A stretch of 64,000 nucleotides of DNA from Tolypothrix carrinoi HA7290-LM1 (GCA_019358935.1 JAHHIK010000031.1:1-64000); one strand, 5' to 3'. Positions 32,320 to 43,421 are shown, counted from the stretch's first letter. A program made the numbers and translations. The notes: generated by a model not told the origin, from the sequence alone.

Positions 32320-33024
32320 ATGACTGCTGTTATTAATTTAAACCTAACGAGTGTTAGTGAGTTATTATATCGCTGGGTTGCACGGCAAATAAAAGCGGAA
32401 AGTCTCGTCTGGCTAGATGAAAAAAGAAAGCAGATAAATAGTGGGGCTAATGTACGAGTGTTCTTTACTGCTTTCAGCGCTGTGCCTCGTTATACAGGTA
32501 AAAATGACCTGGAGTTAACACAAGATGACTTAAAAGCAGCCTCGGCAATAGTAACAGGTTGGGTTCCCGCTAAGTGGAGTGTGGATCAAGCCGCTCGTAC
32601 TTTATTGCTGCTGTCTTTGCCCGATGATGATGCAGAGAAATATCTGCACACCTTGGAGCAAGTTTTCACCACTGCGGATGTGGGGGAATTAATTGCACTT
32701 TATCAAGCCTTACCGCTTCTACCTTACCCAGAAAAACTTCGTCACCGCGCTGCTGAAGGAGTTCGCAGCAATATGACAGCAGTTTTTAATGCTGTTGCTT
32801 TAACAAATCCTTATCCGGCACAGTATTTTGACAATCTGGCTTGGAATCAGATGGTGCTGAAAGCTTTTTTTGTCAACAGCCCTGTCAGTTTAATTCAGGG
32901 GCTTAACCAGCGTGCAAATCCAGAACTAGCAAGAATGTTAATTGATTACGCCAATGAACGTCAAGCTGCTGGGCGATCGGTTTCTCCGGAGATTTGGCAA
33001 TTGGTGAATTTGGTTAAGGGGTAG
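32320..33024 (+). CDS. eboA: EboA family protein
   Basis: WSVDQAARTLLL, ELIALYQALP, EGVRSNM..VFNAVA..NPYP, WNQMVLKA. Confidence 0.88.
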   Translation: MTAVINLNLTSVSELLYRWVARQIKAESLVWLDEKRKQINSGANVRVFFTAFSAVPRYTGKNDLELTQDDLKAASAIVTGWVPAKWSVDQAARTLLLLSLPDDDAEKYLHTLEQVFTTADVGELIALYQALPLLPYPEKLRHRAAEGVRSNMTAVFNAVALTNPYPAQYFDNLAWNQMVLKAFFVNSPVSLIQGLNQRANPELARMLIDYANERQAAGRSVSPEIWQLVNLVKG

Positions 33025-33158
33025 TGGGGCATGGGGCATGGGGCATGGGGCATGGGGCATGGGGCATGGAAAGCATCTTTTATTACCAATGCCCATTGCC
33101 CATTGCCCAATGCCCAACAACCAACAACTAACAAATAACAAATAACAACTAACAATTA
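33025..33158. repeat. Inverted STRR arrays (GGGGCAT)n / (TGCCCAT/TGCCCAA)n
   Basis: Directly visible. Confidence 0.85.
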
Positions 33159-33160
33159 AT

Positions 33161-34069
33161 ATGATGTTTATCGATCCTCACATTCACATGACTGCCCGCA
33201 CAACTTATGATTACCTGATGATGCGGGAATCGGGTATTGTGGCTGTAATTGAGCCGGCTTTTTGGTTGGGACAACCCCGGACTAATGTTGGCTCGTTCCA
33301 AGATTACTTTAGCAGCTTGGTGGGATGGGAGCGCTTCCGGGCGGCTCAGTTCGGTATCCGCCATTATTGCACGATTGGTTTGAATTCTAAAGAAGCTAAT
33401 AACGAAGCTTTGGCAGAGCAAGTGATGGAATTGTTACCTCTGTTTGCTTGCAAAGAGGGTGTAGTCGCTATTGGTGAAATTGGCTACGATGACATGACTC
33501 GTGCCGAAGATAAATACTTCCGCCTACAGTTAGAGCTGGCGAAAGAACTTGACATGGTAGTGTTAATTCATACACCGCATCGCAACAAAAAGGCTGGCAC
33601 CAGTCGTAGCATGGATGTATGTATTGAACATGGGTTAGATGCATCAAAAGTGATTGTCGATCATAACAATGAAGAGACGGTTGAAGAAGTTTTGGATCGG
33701 GGCTTTTGGGCAGGTTTCACAATTTACCCGAACACCAAAATGGGCAATGCTCGCATGGTGGAGATTGTACGCCAATATGGAAGCGATCGCATCATTGTAG
33801 ACAGCAGCGCTGACTGGGGAATTAGCGATCCGCTAGCTGTACCCAAAACCGCTCAACTGATGATAGACAGAGGAATAAGAGAATCTGATGTCAAAGCAGT
33901 CTGTTATGAAAACGCACTCGCAGCTTACAGCCAAAGCGGTCAAATGCAAGACTCAGACTGGCTGTCTCCCTCACCCATCGACCAACGACAGTTATTTAAC
34001 GGTAATTCCGTTTTGCGCGGACAACAACCAGTTGTCGAGTCTATGCGTGAATATGCATTGATTGAGTGA
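33161..34069 (+). CDS. eboB: TatD-family hydrolase
   Basis: IDPHIHM, AIGEIGYD, IHTPH, VDHNNE, VDSSADWG. Confidence 0.9.
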   Translation: MMFIDPHIHMTARTTYDYLMMRESGIVAVIEPAFWLGQPRTNVGSFQDYFSSLVGWERFRAAQFGIRHYCTIGLNSKEANNEALAEQVMELLPLFACKEGVVAIGEIGYDDMTRAEDKYFRLQLELAKELDMVVLIHTPHRNKKAGTSRSMDVCIEHGLDASKVIVDHNNEETVEEVLDRGFWAGFTIYPNTKMGNARMVEIVRQYGSDRIIVDSSADWGISDPLAVPKTAQLMIDRGIRESDVKAVCYENALAAYSQSGQMQDSDWLSPSPIDQRQLFNGNSVLRGQQPVVESMREYALIE

Positions 34070-34240
34070 TGTTGGTTGTTGGATGTTAGTTGATAGTTGT
34101 TGGTTGTTATTTGTTGGTTGTTATTTGTTGGTTGTAAACCACTACCCACGCTCCCACTACCCACGCTCCCACTATCCACTAACTACTAACCACTACCCAA
34201 TAACCACTATCAATTATCAACTATCAACTAACCACTCCCC
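34070..34240. repeat. STRR arrays (TTGTTGG)n and C/A-rich heptamers
   Basis: Directly visible. Confidence 0.8.
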
Positions 34241-35134
34241 ATGAACACCGCTACTTTCAGTCGAAATTCTCTCTGGGCATATCTTCAATTATTGCGCCCT
34301 GCTAATATTGTTACTGCTTGGGCAGATGTTTTAGCCGGCTTCGCAGCTTCGGGATACGTTGGCGATTTAACACCATTGGCGTGGTTGCTGCTGGCTACTA
34401 CGGGTTTGTACGGTGGCGGAATTGTCTTTAATGATGTGTTTGATGCCCAACTAGATGCGGTAGAGCGACCGGAACGACCGATTCCTAGTGGTAGAGCATC
34501 GGTTTGGGGCGCAACTATCTTGGGAAGTACTTTTTTGAGCGTTGGTGTAATCGCAGCTTTGCAAGTTTCTTGGAAGAGTGCAACTGTGGCTGCGATCGTT
34601 GCTTCGGCAGCTTTACTTTATGATGCTGTGGGGAAGCACAACGCTGTTTTGGGTCCGATTAACATGGGTGTTTGTCGGGGTGGAAACTTATTGTTAGGTG
34701 TGAGTGTGGCACCGGCAATGGTCGGAGAATATTGGTATTTGGCTTTGATTGCGATCGCTTACATCGCCGGTATCACCACCCTCAGTCGAGATGAAGTTAA
34801 AGTCAGCAACAGTACAACTAGAGTCACAGCGCTATCACTGATTGTTATAGTCCTAATCGGACTTTTGGCACTAGGGCTATTAAAGAATTATAAAGTTTTG
34901 ACCGCATTACCTTTTATCGTTCTTTTTGCTACGCGAGTACTACTGCCTTTTATCAAAGCTGTACGCCAGCCAACCCCAGAACAGATAAGAATCGCAGTCA
35001 AAGCCGGGGTGTTGTCACTAATAGTCTTAGATGCTACATTAGCAGCGGGTTTCGCTAGTTTGAGTTACGGATTATTAGTTTTAAGTTTGTTACCGATTTC
35101 AATGGCGCTAGCACGAATCTTTGCGGTAACTTAA
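34241..35134 (+). CDS. eboC: UbiA-family prenyltransferase
   Basis: LLRPANIVTAWADVLAG, NDVFDAQLDAVERPERPIPSG, multiple TM helices. Confidence 0.9.
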   Translation: MNTATFSRNSLWAYLQLLRPANIVTAWADVLAGFAASGYVGDLTPLAWLLLATTGLYGGGIVFNDVFDAQLDAVERPERPIPSGRASVWGATILGSTFLSVGVIAALQVSWKSATVAAIVASAALLYDAVGKHNAVLGPINMGVCRGGNLLLGVSVAPAMVGEYWYLALIAIAYIAGITTLSRDEVKVSNSTTRVTALSLIVIVLIGLLALGLLKNYKVLTALPFIVLFATRVLLPFIKAVRQPTPEQIRIAVKAGVLSLIVLDATLAAGFASLSYGLLVLSLLPISMALARIFAVT

Positions 35135-35304
35135 AGTATATAAGTGGCAATAATAACTAAAAATATATAAAGAAATAGAGCTGACACTTATACGGTGAAT
35201 CTAGGAAAATAACTAGATAGCTCTTAGGAGCGATTCTCAAACAAAAAAATAAAAATATACTTTCTCTAATCCCTAGTCCTTAGCCTTTATTTTCAAGACA
35301 GCTC

Positions 35305-36594
35305 ATGCACATTCTGATTTATTCCTACAACTATCATCCCGAGCCAATTGGAATTGCTCCTTTAATGACTGAACTGGCAGAAGGACTAGTGAAACGAGGT
35401 CATTCGGTTCGGGTAATCACAGGTATGCCCAACTATCCTCAGCGCGAAATTTACGATGGTTATCGGGGTAAATGGTATGTGACTGAAGAAAAAAATGGTG
35501 TCACTATCCAACGTAGCTATCTGCGAATTAAGTCTAAACCCAACCTTGTAGATCGGCTGCTACTAGAATTAAGCTTTGTCTTTACAAGCATTCCCCAAGC
35601 TTTAAACGGGTGGCGACCCGATGTAATTCTTTTGACAGTCCCGCCGCTGATGGTGTCCTTGCCGGCAGCTTTGCTAGGTTGTTTGTATGACTGCCCGGTG
35701 GTACTGAATGTACAAGATATTTTACCAGAAGCCGCCATACGTGTTGGGCTGATCAGAAACAAATGGATGATCCGAGCCTTGGAAACACTAGAGAAATTTG
35801 CTTACCGCACAGCACACAGCATCAGTGTTATTGCTGACGGGTTTGTGGAAAATTTAGTGAAAAAGGGAGTTTCGCCAAGTAAAATTAGGTGTATTCCTAA
35901 TTGGGTAGATGTAAACTTTATCCGTCCTTTACCAAAGAAAAACAACGCTTGGAAAAAAGCTCATAAACTAGATGATAAATTTGTAGTTCTTTACTCAGGC
36001 AACATTGCGCTGACACAAGGTTTAGAGACAGTAGTAGAAGCAGCAGCTCGCTTGCGTCACATAAAGAAAATTGTTTTTGCGATCGCTGGCGAATCACAGG
36101 CTTTAGAAAGATTGGAGAAATATTGCCAAACTTGTGGCGCAGATAACGTAGTACTGCTGCCCTTACAGCCAAGAGAACAACTACCGTCCATGTTAGCCGG
36201 AGCGGATATCGGCTTGATTGTGCAAAAGAGCAATGTGATTTCCTTTAACATGCCTTCCAAAATACCATTATTGTTAGCAAGCGGTCGGGCAATTATTGGT
36301 TCAGTTCCTGCCAGCGGTACCGCAGCCAAAGCAATCCGTAAAAGTGGCGGTGGTATAGTCGTGAAACCAGAATCACCAGAAGCACTGGCAGCAGCGGTTA
36401 TGGATTTATATAACAATCCGCTGAAAACAGAAATGCTAGGTAAGACAGGAAGAGAATTTGCCGTAGAGCGCTATTCTTTTGAGCAAGCACTCGATCAGTA
36501 CGAGCAGTTATTTGTAGATGCGATCGCCAACCCAGCATTAGATTTAGATATTTTGCCAAAATTCACTTCTAGCGAATCACCTATAGATATTTGA
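35305..36594 (+). CDS. GT4 (WcaI-like) glycosyltransferase
   Basis: YNYHPEPIGIAP, TGMPNYP, NVQDILP, YSGNI..TQGL, MPSK. Confidence 0.9.
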   Translation: MHILIYSYNYHPEPIGIAPLMTELAEGLVKRGHSVRVITGMPNYPQREIYDGYRGKWYVTEEKNGVTIQRSYLRIKSKPNLVDRLLLELSFVFTSIPQALNGWRPDVILLTVPPLMVSLPAALLGCLYDCPVVLNVQDILPEAAIRVGLIRNKWMIRALETLEKFAYRTAHSISVIADGFVENLVKKGVSPSKIRCIPNWVDVNFIRPLPKKNNAWKKAHKLDDKFVVLYSGNIALTQGLETVVEAAARLRHIKKIVFAIAGESQALERLEKYCQTCGADNVVLLPLQPREQLPSMLAGADIGLIVQKSNVISFNMPSKIPLLLASGRAIIGSVPASGTAAKAIRKSGGGIVVKPESPEALAAAVMDLYNNPLKTEMLGKTGREFAVERYSFEQALDQYEQLFVDAIANPALDLDILPKFTSSESPIDI

Positions 36595-36708
36595 TATCGC
36601 GCAACGCTGTTAAGAATTAGCAAGCATATCAATTCTAAATAAAAGTTTATTTAATGAAGTTGGAACGGCGACTGCTGGCGCTTGGAACTTCGTAAATTTG
36701 GATTATCT

Positions 36709-37806
36709 ATGATTCCAGACAAGCTCAAACAAACCGATCAAAATATAATCGAGCTATTACGCGATCGCCTATCGCTGCAAGCAACATCAGAATTGCCTTC
36801 ACCAGAAGAACAACTTGCTTATATAGCTCCTCAACTTGCTCAAGCCGGCATTCCCGAATGTGTTTGGGCAAGTATAATCAACAGTCATGCTATTACCACT
36901 GAATCATCCAAAGTCAACAATGTCAAGCCAATGCAAATTACCATCATTGGTGGACTTGGCAGAATGGGAAGATTTTTTACACAGCAACTTCTAGCGGCTG
37001 GACACAACGTAAGCATTCTGGAAAATGATGATTGGGAATATGCAGATCAACTCTTAAATCAAGTAGACTTAGTATTAATCAGCGTTCCGATTGAGCGAAC
37101 CGTAGATGTTATCAAACGTGCCGCAAAATACCTAACGCCAACAACAGCAATATGTGACATCACCAGCATCAAAACTCAGCCAGTAGCAGCAATGCTGGCA
37201 CACCATCCAGGACCAGTAATCGGATTACATCCGATGTTTGGTCCCAACATCAAATCATTCAGCAAGCAAAAAGTCGTAGTGTGTCCAGGTCGAGAAAATC
37301 ATATCTTTCAATGGTTTTTAGACTTAATTAAAAGCCAAGGTGGAGAGCTAATTGTTTGCACACCAGAAGAACATGACCAAATGATGGTCATTATTCAAGC
37401 CACGCAACACTTCTCTAGATTTAGCCTTGGCGTTTTCTTAGCACAAGAAAGAATAGACATAGAACGCAGTTTATCAATGTCTAGTCCCAGCTATAGACAA
37501 GAGATTGATATCGTTAAACGTCTATTTGCTCAAAATCCAAATTTGTGCATAGACATCATGCTTGCCACAGAAGAAAGATGTCAAGAAATTCGCTTTTTAG
37601 CAGAAACTTACAGCCGTTTAGCAACCCTAGTAGAAAAACGAGATAGAGCCGGATTAATCCAAGAATTTGAAACCGCTCAAACATTTTTCACAGAGGATAA
37701 AAAAACTCATTTAAAGGGAGCATCACAATTTGGCAAAAATATCCCACAGGCTGTAAGCCGCTGGCTCTACGAACAAAGCCTGCCTACGCAGGCTACAAAA
37801 ATCTAA
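36709..37806 (+). CDS. tyrA: Prephenate dehydrogenase with N-terminal chorismate-mutase-like remnant; C-terminus replaced by MITE sequence
   Basis: IIGGLGRMG, DITSIK, GLHPMFGP, EHDQMM..IQA..HF. Confidence 0.9.
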   Translation: MIPDKLKQTDQNIIELLRDRLSLQATSELPSPEEQLAYIAPQLAQAGIPECVWASIINSHAITTESSKVNNVKPMQITIIGGLGRMGRFFTQQLLAAGHNVSILENDDWEYADQLLNQVDLVLISVPIERTVDVIKRAAKYLTPTTAICDITSIKTQPVAAMLAHHPGPVIGLHPMFGPNIKSFSKQKVVVCPGRENHIFQWFLDLIKSQGGELIVCTPEEHDQMMVIIQATQHFSRFSLGVFLAQERIDIERSLSMSSPSYRQEIDIVKRLFAQNPNLCIDIMLATEERCQEIRFLAETYSRLATLVEKRDRAGLIQEFETAQTFFTEDKKTHLKGASQFGKNIPQAVSRWLYEQSLPTQATKI

Positions 37807-37878
37807 GCCTGCGTAGGCAGGCTTTGTCTGTGTAGCCGCACCTTTCTAAGGTGTCGGTGCTTTGAATGGAATACACCC
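37716..37878. mobile_element. 163-bp MITE-like insertion with 8-bp target-site duplication CATTTAAA
   Basis: CATTTAAA at 37708-37715 and 37879-37886; ends GGGAGCATC.../...AATACACCC; internal palindrome AAAGCCTGCCTACGCAGGCT..AGCCTGCGTAGGCAGGCTTT. Confidence 0.8.
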
Positions 37879-38126
37879 CATTTAAAAGCCTTACCCACAA
37901 TCCTCAATCAGCGCCAGAAAAAAGATTTAGAACCACAAATAAACCTACAGCAATTGTAAGTTTTTTCTCACTTATAGGCGCAGAGGCGCAAAGAAAGACG
38001 TTAAAATCAAGACTTGTGTAAGAAGCCATCATAACTCTCTTTTTCTCTTATCTTTGCGCCCTTCGCGCCTTTGCGGTTCGTTTCAATTAATTATTTCCCC
38101 ACCTCAGCATTCAAATAACAAAAACC

Positions 38127-38771
38127 ATGCTGATCGACATCTTTCACGATACCGTTTGTCCCTGGTGCAGAATCGGCAAAAAACATCTTTTCGATGCACT
38201 TGACCAAATCCAACAACCAGTCAATATTCGCTGGCACCCCTTCCTACTTGATAACACCGTTCCTGCAAGCGGTTACGAATTTCGCAGCTTTATGCGAACT
38301 AGAAAAAACATTGGAGAAACAGAACTCCAGCAGATGTTTGACTATGCACAAAAAGCAGGTGAAGCAGCTGGAGTCAAGCTAGATATTAACAAAATTTCTC
38401 TAGCAGTCAACACGACACTTTCCCACCAACTAATTGCTATAGCACCAGAAAACATTAAAAATGATATCGTAGAAGCAATTTACAAAGCTTACTTTGAAGA
38501 CAATTTAAATCTCGGAGACATCGAAGTTATTATTGCTATAGGTACGGCACACCAACTAAATCCTACAGAATTACGAAGACAATTAACTGATGATGCCGCA
38601 GTCGATAAAATTCTGGCTGAATCAATATTTGCTCGGTTAAATAACATCACCAGCGTGCCGTTTTTTATTATCAACAACCAAGTCAAAATTGACGGTTCTC
38701 ACTCAAGAGAAGTATTTGTTCAAGTTTTAAATCGTGCAACACTTTTAGAAACATCATCAAAAATATGGTAG
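38127..38771 (+). CDS. dsbA: DsbA/FrnE-family thiol oxidoreductase
   Basis: DIFHDTVCPWCRIG (CPWC), ITSVPFFIIN. Confidence 0.88.
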   Translation: MLIDIFHDTVCPWCRIGKKHLFDALDQIQQPVNIRWHPFLLDNTVPASGYEFRSFMRTRKNIGETELQQMFDYAQKAGEAAGVKLDINKISLAVNTTLSHQLIAIAPENIKNDIVEAIYKAYFEDNLNLGDIEVIIAIGTAHQLNPTELRRQLTDDAAVDKILAESIFARLNNITSVPFFIINNQVKIDGSHSREVFVQVLNRATLLETSSKIW

Positions 38772-40027
38772 CTAGTATCCCGGAAAGAACTACATTAAAT
38801 TTGCAACCGATTCAGCAACATGTTTCGGTTAGCTTCGACTATAAAGTTTACTTTACCAATGAAGTATTTAAGTTGAAAAATCACATGCTGGCGCAATTAA
38901 TTGCCGGCGATGGTGAGCTAAAACCAAAGAAAATAGTAATAGTAGTAGATGCAGGCTTATTAGAGTTTCGGCGTAGCTTGCTCAGGCAAATAGCACTGTA
39001 TACCAAGTATCATGCCGATATCTTAACCCTCGCTGGCGATCCGATAAAAGTTCCCGGTGGAGAAGCTGCCAAAAACAATCCCAAGTTAGTCAAGCAAATT
39101 CACAAATTGATTGATTCATCAGGTATATGTCGCCACTCCTACCTGATAGCAATTGGTGGTGGTGCGGTGTTAGACTTGGCTGGATTTGCTGCTGCAACTG
39201 CACATAGAGGAGTTAGGCTTATCCGTATTCCTACCACAGTGTTGGGACAAAATGATTCTGGTGTCGGGGTGAAAAACGGAATAAATGCCTTTGGGAAAAA
39301 GAACTTTCTCGGCACATTCGCTCCGCCTTACGCAGTAGTCAATGATTTATCATTCTTGAGTACATTAAGCGATCGCGATTGGCGTTCTGGTATTGCTGAA
39401 GCTGTGAAAGTCGCCCTAATTAAGGATGCTGACTTCTTTGAATTCATCCGCACTAATAGCGAAGCACTACGCCGCCGAGACATGGACGCGATGCAACAGT
39501 TGATTTACCGATGCGCTCAGTTACATTTACAACATATCGCCACCAGCGGCGATCCCTTTGAAATGGGTTCATCTCGTCCGTTAGATTTCGGACATTGGGC
39601 AGCGCACAAACTAGAACAACTGACAAATTATAACTTGCGTCATGGAGAAGCGGTTGCGATCGGTATTGCTTTAGATACAACTTATTCCTATTTGTTAGGA
39701 AAGATTTCCCGCTTAGAATGGCAGTGCATTTTAAATACACTGGTTACATTAGGCTTTGTCTTGTACGTTCCCGAACTAACAGAAAAACTATCACAACCAG
39801 AACATTCGCGCAGTTTATTTCGTGGGTTGCAAGAATTTCGCGAACACTTGGGTGGAGAATTAACTTTAACACTGCTGCAACGAATTGGTCAAGGAATTGA
39901 AGTTCATCAAGCTGATTTATCTTTGTACAAACAAGCTATTTCCCTATTGCAAGAGTTTGTAGAAGATAGACAGAGAAAAAGCGTTTCCTCGTTCCTCAGT
40001 TCATCTGTATCTGAAAGTTTAACTTAA
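38765..40027 (+). CDS. aroB: 3-dehydroquinate synthase-like sugar-phosphate cyclase (aroB-like/EboD)
   Basis: GGEAAKN, IGGGAVLDLAGF, PTTVLGQNDSGVGVKN, LDFGHWAAH, HGEAV. Confidence 0.88.
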   Translation: MVASIPERTTLNLQPIQQHVSVSFDYKVYFTNEVFKLKNHMLAQLIAGDGELKPKKIVIVVDAGLLEFRRSLLRQIALYTKYHADILTLAGDPIKVPGGEAAKNNPKLVKQIHKLIDSSGICRHSYLIAIGGGAVLDLAGFAAATAHRGVRLIRIPTTVLGQNDSGVGVKNGINAFGKKNFLGTFAPPYAVVNDLSFLSTLSDRDWRSGIAEAVKVALIKDADFFEFIRTNSEALRRRDMDAMQQLIYRCAQLHLQHIATSGDPFEMGSSRPLDFGHWAAHKLEQLTNYNLRHGEAVAIGIALDTTYSYLLGKISRLEWQCILNTLVTLGFVLYVPELTEKLSQPEHSRSLFRGLQEFREHLGGELTLTLLQRIGQGIEVHQADLSLYKQAISLLQEFVEDRQRKSVSSFLSSSVSESLT

Positions 40028-40078
40028 CCCGTAGTAACGACTTAAGTCGTTTCCGGAAGCGTGAAACGTTCACACAAC

Positions 40079-41311
40079 ATGAAAATACAAAACAACATTC
40101 ACTTAACCTATTGCACTAACATTCACCCAGGTGAACAATGGACTAAAGTATTTAGTAACTTACAGCAATACGTTTTAGAACTCAAAGCAAAAATAGCACC
40201 AAGAAAACCGTTTGGTATTGGCTTGCGTTTAGCAGCAATAGCAGCCAAAGAACTATTACAAGGAAACACCTTAAAAGAGTTTAAATCATGGTTAGCCGAA
40301 CATGATTTATACGTGTTTACTTTAAATGGATTTCCTTATGGTGGATTTCATCAGCAAGTAGTAAAAGACCAAGTTTATGCACCAGATTGGTCTAAACAAG
40401 AACGGTTAGACTACACATTACAACTAACCAATATTCTCGCCGAATTGTTACCTGCCGAAATCGAAGGTAGCATTTCTACACTACCGTTATCTTACAAACC
40501 TTGGTTTAAAGGAAATCAAATTTCTCAAACATCCGTCATCAACAGCGCTAGTTTGCACATAGCTTTATTGGTAGCGGAAATGGTACGCATCCGCGCTGAT
40601 ACTGGAAAGCTGCTGCATTTAAATTTAGAACCAGAACCAGATGGATTAATTGAAAATGCTGCTGAGGTAATTGATTATTTCCAAAAGCATTTATTACCTC
40701 TTGGTGGTGCTTATTTAGCACAACAATTGGAGATACCCCAAGAAGCAGCCGAAGCGCTTTTATTAGAGCATGTGCGTGTATGTTACGATACCTGCCATTT
40801 TGCGATCGCCTTTGAAAATCCAGTTTCCGTCTTCAAGCAATTTCAAGCTGTAGGAATTCAAATTGGCAAAATTCAGATTAGTGCAGCGTTGCAGGTAGAT
40901 GTGCCAGAAGATGCCGAACAACGCCGCCAAGTGAAACAAAGGTTGCTTCCTTTTGCAGAATCTACGTATTTGCACCAAGTAGTTACCAGCGAATTTAATC
41001 AATATTCCGACTTGGAAAACGCCTTACCAGATTTAGAAAATACCACCGCATCTCAATGGCGAATTCACTTTCATGTGCCAATTTTTATTCACGATTATAA
41101 ACTTTTGCAATCGACGCAAGACGACATTACTACTGTCTTGGAACTGCTGCAAAATAATCAGGTTTGTAATCATCTAGAAATTGAAACTTATACTTGGGAT
41201 GTATTACCTGGTGAAATGAAGCTAGATTTATCAGCATCGATTCAGCGTGAGTATGAGTGGGTTTTAAATAAGATGTTGCAGCCTTCTCAACTAGCGTCAA
41301 AATCAGTTTAA
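40079..41311 (+). CDS. eboE: EboE xylose-isomerase-like TIM barrel protein
   Basis: HLTYCTNIHPGE, TLNGFPYGGFH, LEPEPD, CYDTCH, WRIHFHVP, HLEIETYTW. Confidence 0.9.
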   Translation: MKIQNNIHLTYCTNIHPGEQWTKVFSNLQQYVLELKAKIAPRKPFGIGLRLAAIAAKELLQGNTLKEFKSWLAEHDLYVFTLNGFPYGGFHQQVVKDQVYAPDWSKQERLDYTLQLTNILAELLPAEIEGSISTLPLSYKPWFKGNQISQTSVINSASLHIALLVAEMVRIRADTGKLLHLNLEPEPDGLIENAAEVIDYFQKHLLPLGGAYLAQQLEIPQEAAEALLLEHVRVCYDTCHFAIAFENPVSVFKQFQAVGIQIGKIQISAALQVDVPEDAEQRRQVKQRLLPFAESTYLHQVVTSEFNQYSDLENALPDLENTTASQWRIHFHVPIFIHDYKLLQSTQDDITTVLELLQNNQVCNHLEIETYTWDVLPGEMKLDLSASIQREYEWVLNKMLQPSQLASKSV

Positions 41312-41523
41312 AATTTCAACAGATATCTTTGATTAGTTGCATTACCCGCCAGAGATTAAAATCTCTGGCTAATAGCTAAAGTCATCTAAAGATGACTAAA
41401 AGTCTACAATACATAAACTTCTTACTTTTCTTCTTTGCGCCTCTCTCTTGAAAAGGTCTGATCGGAGGAAACCTCCGCTCAGACTTTTCGCTGCTTCCTT
41501 TGCGTGAGACAAAATCTTATAAT

Positions 41524-42924
41524 ATGCAAAAAACAGTTGTTCTTAACGTAGTCGGATTGACACCCAGCTTATTATGTGAGTATACGCCGTTTTTATCGCG
41601 TTGGGCGGCTAGTGGTAAAATCGCTTCGGTAGAATCGGTGTTACCTGCTGTCACTTGTTCGGCACAGGCTACTTATCTTACAGGTAAATTACCGAACGAA
41701 CACGGAATTGTCGCCAATGGTTGGTATTTTCGCGATGAGTGTGAAGTTAAGTTCTGGCGACAGTCTAACAAATTAATTCAGGCTCCGAAAGTGTGGGATA
41801 TGGCAAAAGCGCTAAATCCTGACTTTACCTGCGCGAATTTGTTTTGGTGGTACAATATGTACTCCTCGGTAGATTACGCAGTTACTCCTCGACCGATGTA
41901 TCCTGCTGATGGTAGGAAAATTCCGGATATTTACACTCAACCGACAAAATGGCGATCGCAACTGCAAATTGATTTAGGACAGTTTCCTTTATTCAATTTC
42001 TGGGGTCCCAACACATCGATTAAGTCTACTCAATGGATTGCTAATTCAGCAAAGTGGTCTGAAGAAGACTCTAACCCAACGCTGACACTAATTTATTTAC
42101 CGCATCTCGATTACTGCTTGCAAAAATTTGGAACTGACATCAACAAGATAGCCAAGGATTTACAAGAAATTGATGCAGTTTGTGCCGATTTGATTGAGTT
42201 TTATGAAAATCGCGGCGCTCAAGTCATCGTTTTGTCAGAATATGGAATTACTGATGTATCTCAACCCGTCCACTTGAATCGAATTCTGCGAGAAAAAGGC
42301 TTGCTAGCAGTGCGGGAAGAATTAGGACGAGAATTGTTAGATCCAGGTGCAAGTAAAGCATTTGCGGTTGCAGATCATCAAATTGCTCATGTTTACGTTA
42401 ACGATCCGTTTTATATTCCCAAAGTGCGATCGCTTTTAGAAGAAACACCAGGAGTAGCTTACGTTTTAGATGATAGCCAAAAGCAAGCTTACAATTTAGA
42501 TCATCTCAGATCCGGAGAATTGGTAGCGATCGCCAATCCAAATTCATGGTTTACTTATTATTATTGGCTTGACGATAATCGCGCTCCCGATTTCGCGAGA
42601 ACCGTAGACATCCATCGCAAACCCGGTTACGACCCTGTAGAATTGTTTGTTGACCCGCAAATTAAGCTTCCCAAACTGAAAATCGCTGCAAAATTGCTGA
42701 AAAAACAACTTGGGTTTCGCTATTTGATGGATGTCATTCCCTTAGATGCTTCATTGGTAAAAGGTTCTCACGGTTGTATTCCCACCAATCCAGAGAATGG
42801 TCCATTATTTATTACCAAACAAAGTCACCTGCTTTCTTCATCAATACAAGCGATCGATGTTTGTCAGTTAATCCTCAATCATTTAACTGTCGGGACACCC
42901 TCGTTGCAAGTGTCACAGAAATAA
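41524..42924 (+). CDS. eboF: Alkaline phosphatase/nucleotide pyrophosphatase family protein
   Basis: VVLNVVGLT, PAVTCSAQ, YLPHLDY, SEYG, DIHRKPGYDP, KGSHG. Confidence 0.9.
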   Translation: MQKTVVLNVVGLTPSLLCEYTPFLSRWAASGKIASVESVLPAVTCSAQATYLTGKLPNEHGIVANGWYFRDECEVKFWRQSNKLIQAPKVWDMAKALNPDFTCANLFWWYNMYSSVDYAVTPRPMYPADGRKIPDIYTQPTKWRSQLQIDLGQFPLFNFWGPNTSIKSTQWIANSAKWSEEDSNPTLTLIYLPHLDYCLQKFGTDINKIAKDLQEIDAVCADLIEFYENRGAQVIVLSEYGITDVSQPVHLNRILREKGLLAVREELGRELLDPGASKAFAVADHQIAHVYVNDPFYIPKVRSLLEETPGVAYVLDDSQKQAYNLDHLRSGELVAIANPNSWFTYYYWLDDNRAPDFARTVDIHRKPGYDPVELFVDPQIKLPKLKIAAKLLKKQLGFRYLMDVIPLDASLVKGSHGCIPTNPENGPLFITKQSHLLSSSIQAIDVCQLILNHLTVGTPSLQVSQK

Positions 42925-43035
42925 TATAATCAGGAATGAGAATATCTGACATCGTGTCGTCAGTAGCGGTAATTCATGAATTACCGCTACTGTAATAATG
43001 TGCCTTTCAATTATTTTTGCGCTCATTCCTAATAA

Positions 43036-43421
43036 TTACCAAATCACATCAACAGCGTACTGAGTAATCTGACTGTCTACAGTCACAATTGGCATTTTTT
43101 CCACTTGGCTCTGAGCGATAATTATCCGTCAAAAGGGTCGCGATGTAAATCTGGTAAATTTGTTACTTGTAAAGCATGAACCATTTGAATCGGTAAACCC
43201 TCAAATCGATTTATTGTCAACCGACTTGGGATATAGATTTCTGGCGGTTCAGGTAAATTTAGCTTTCCCAAGCGTACCTTAATGACGATTTCCCACGCAC
43301 TCGCAGCACTCAAGAACAGCACATTAGTAGGGTCAGCAATTATACTGCTAACGGTGGATGAAAGTTGGGAATTATCTGTAACCCACCAAATGAATGCATA
43401 AATATCAAGTATTGCTCTCAT
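43036..43421 (-). pseudogene. vapC: PIN-domain VapC toxin, frameshifted near 43127
   Basis: ILDIYAFIWW..SAASAWEI..HRDPFD. Restoring one C (GAC CGG) gives DRIIIAQSQVEKMPIVTVDSQITQYAVDVIW*. Confidence 0.85.
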
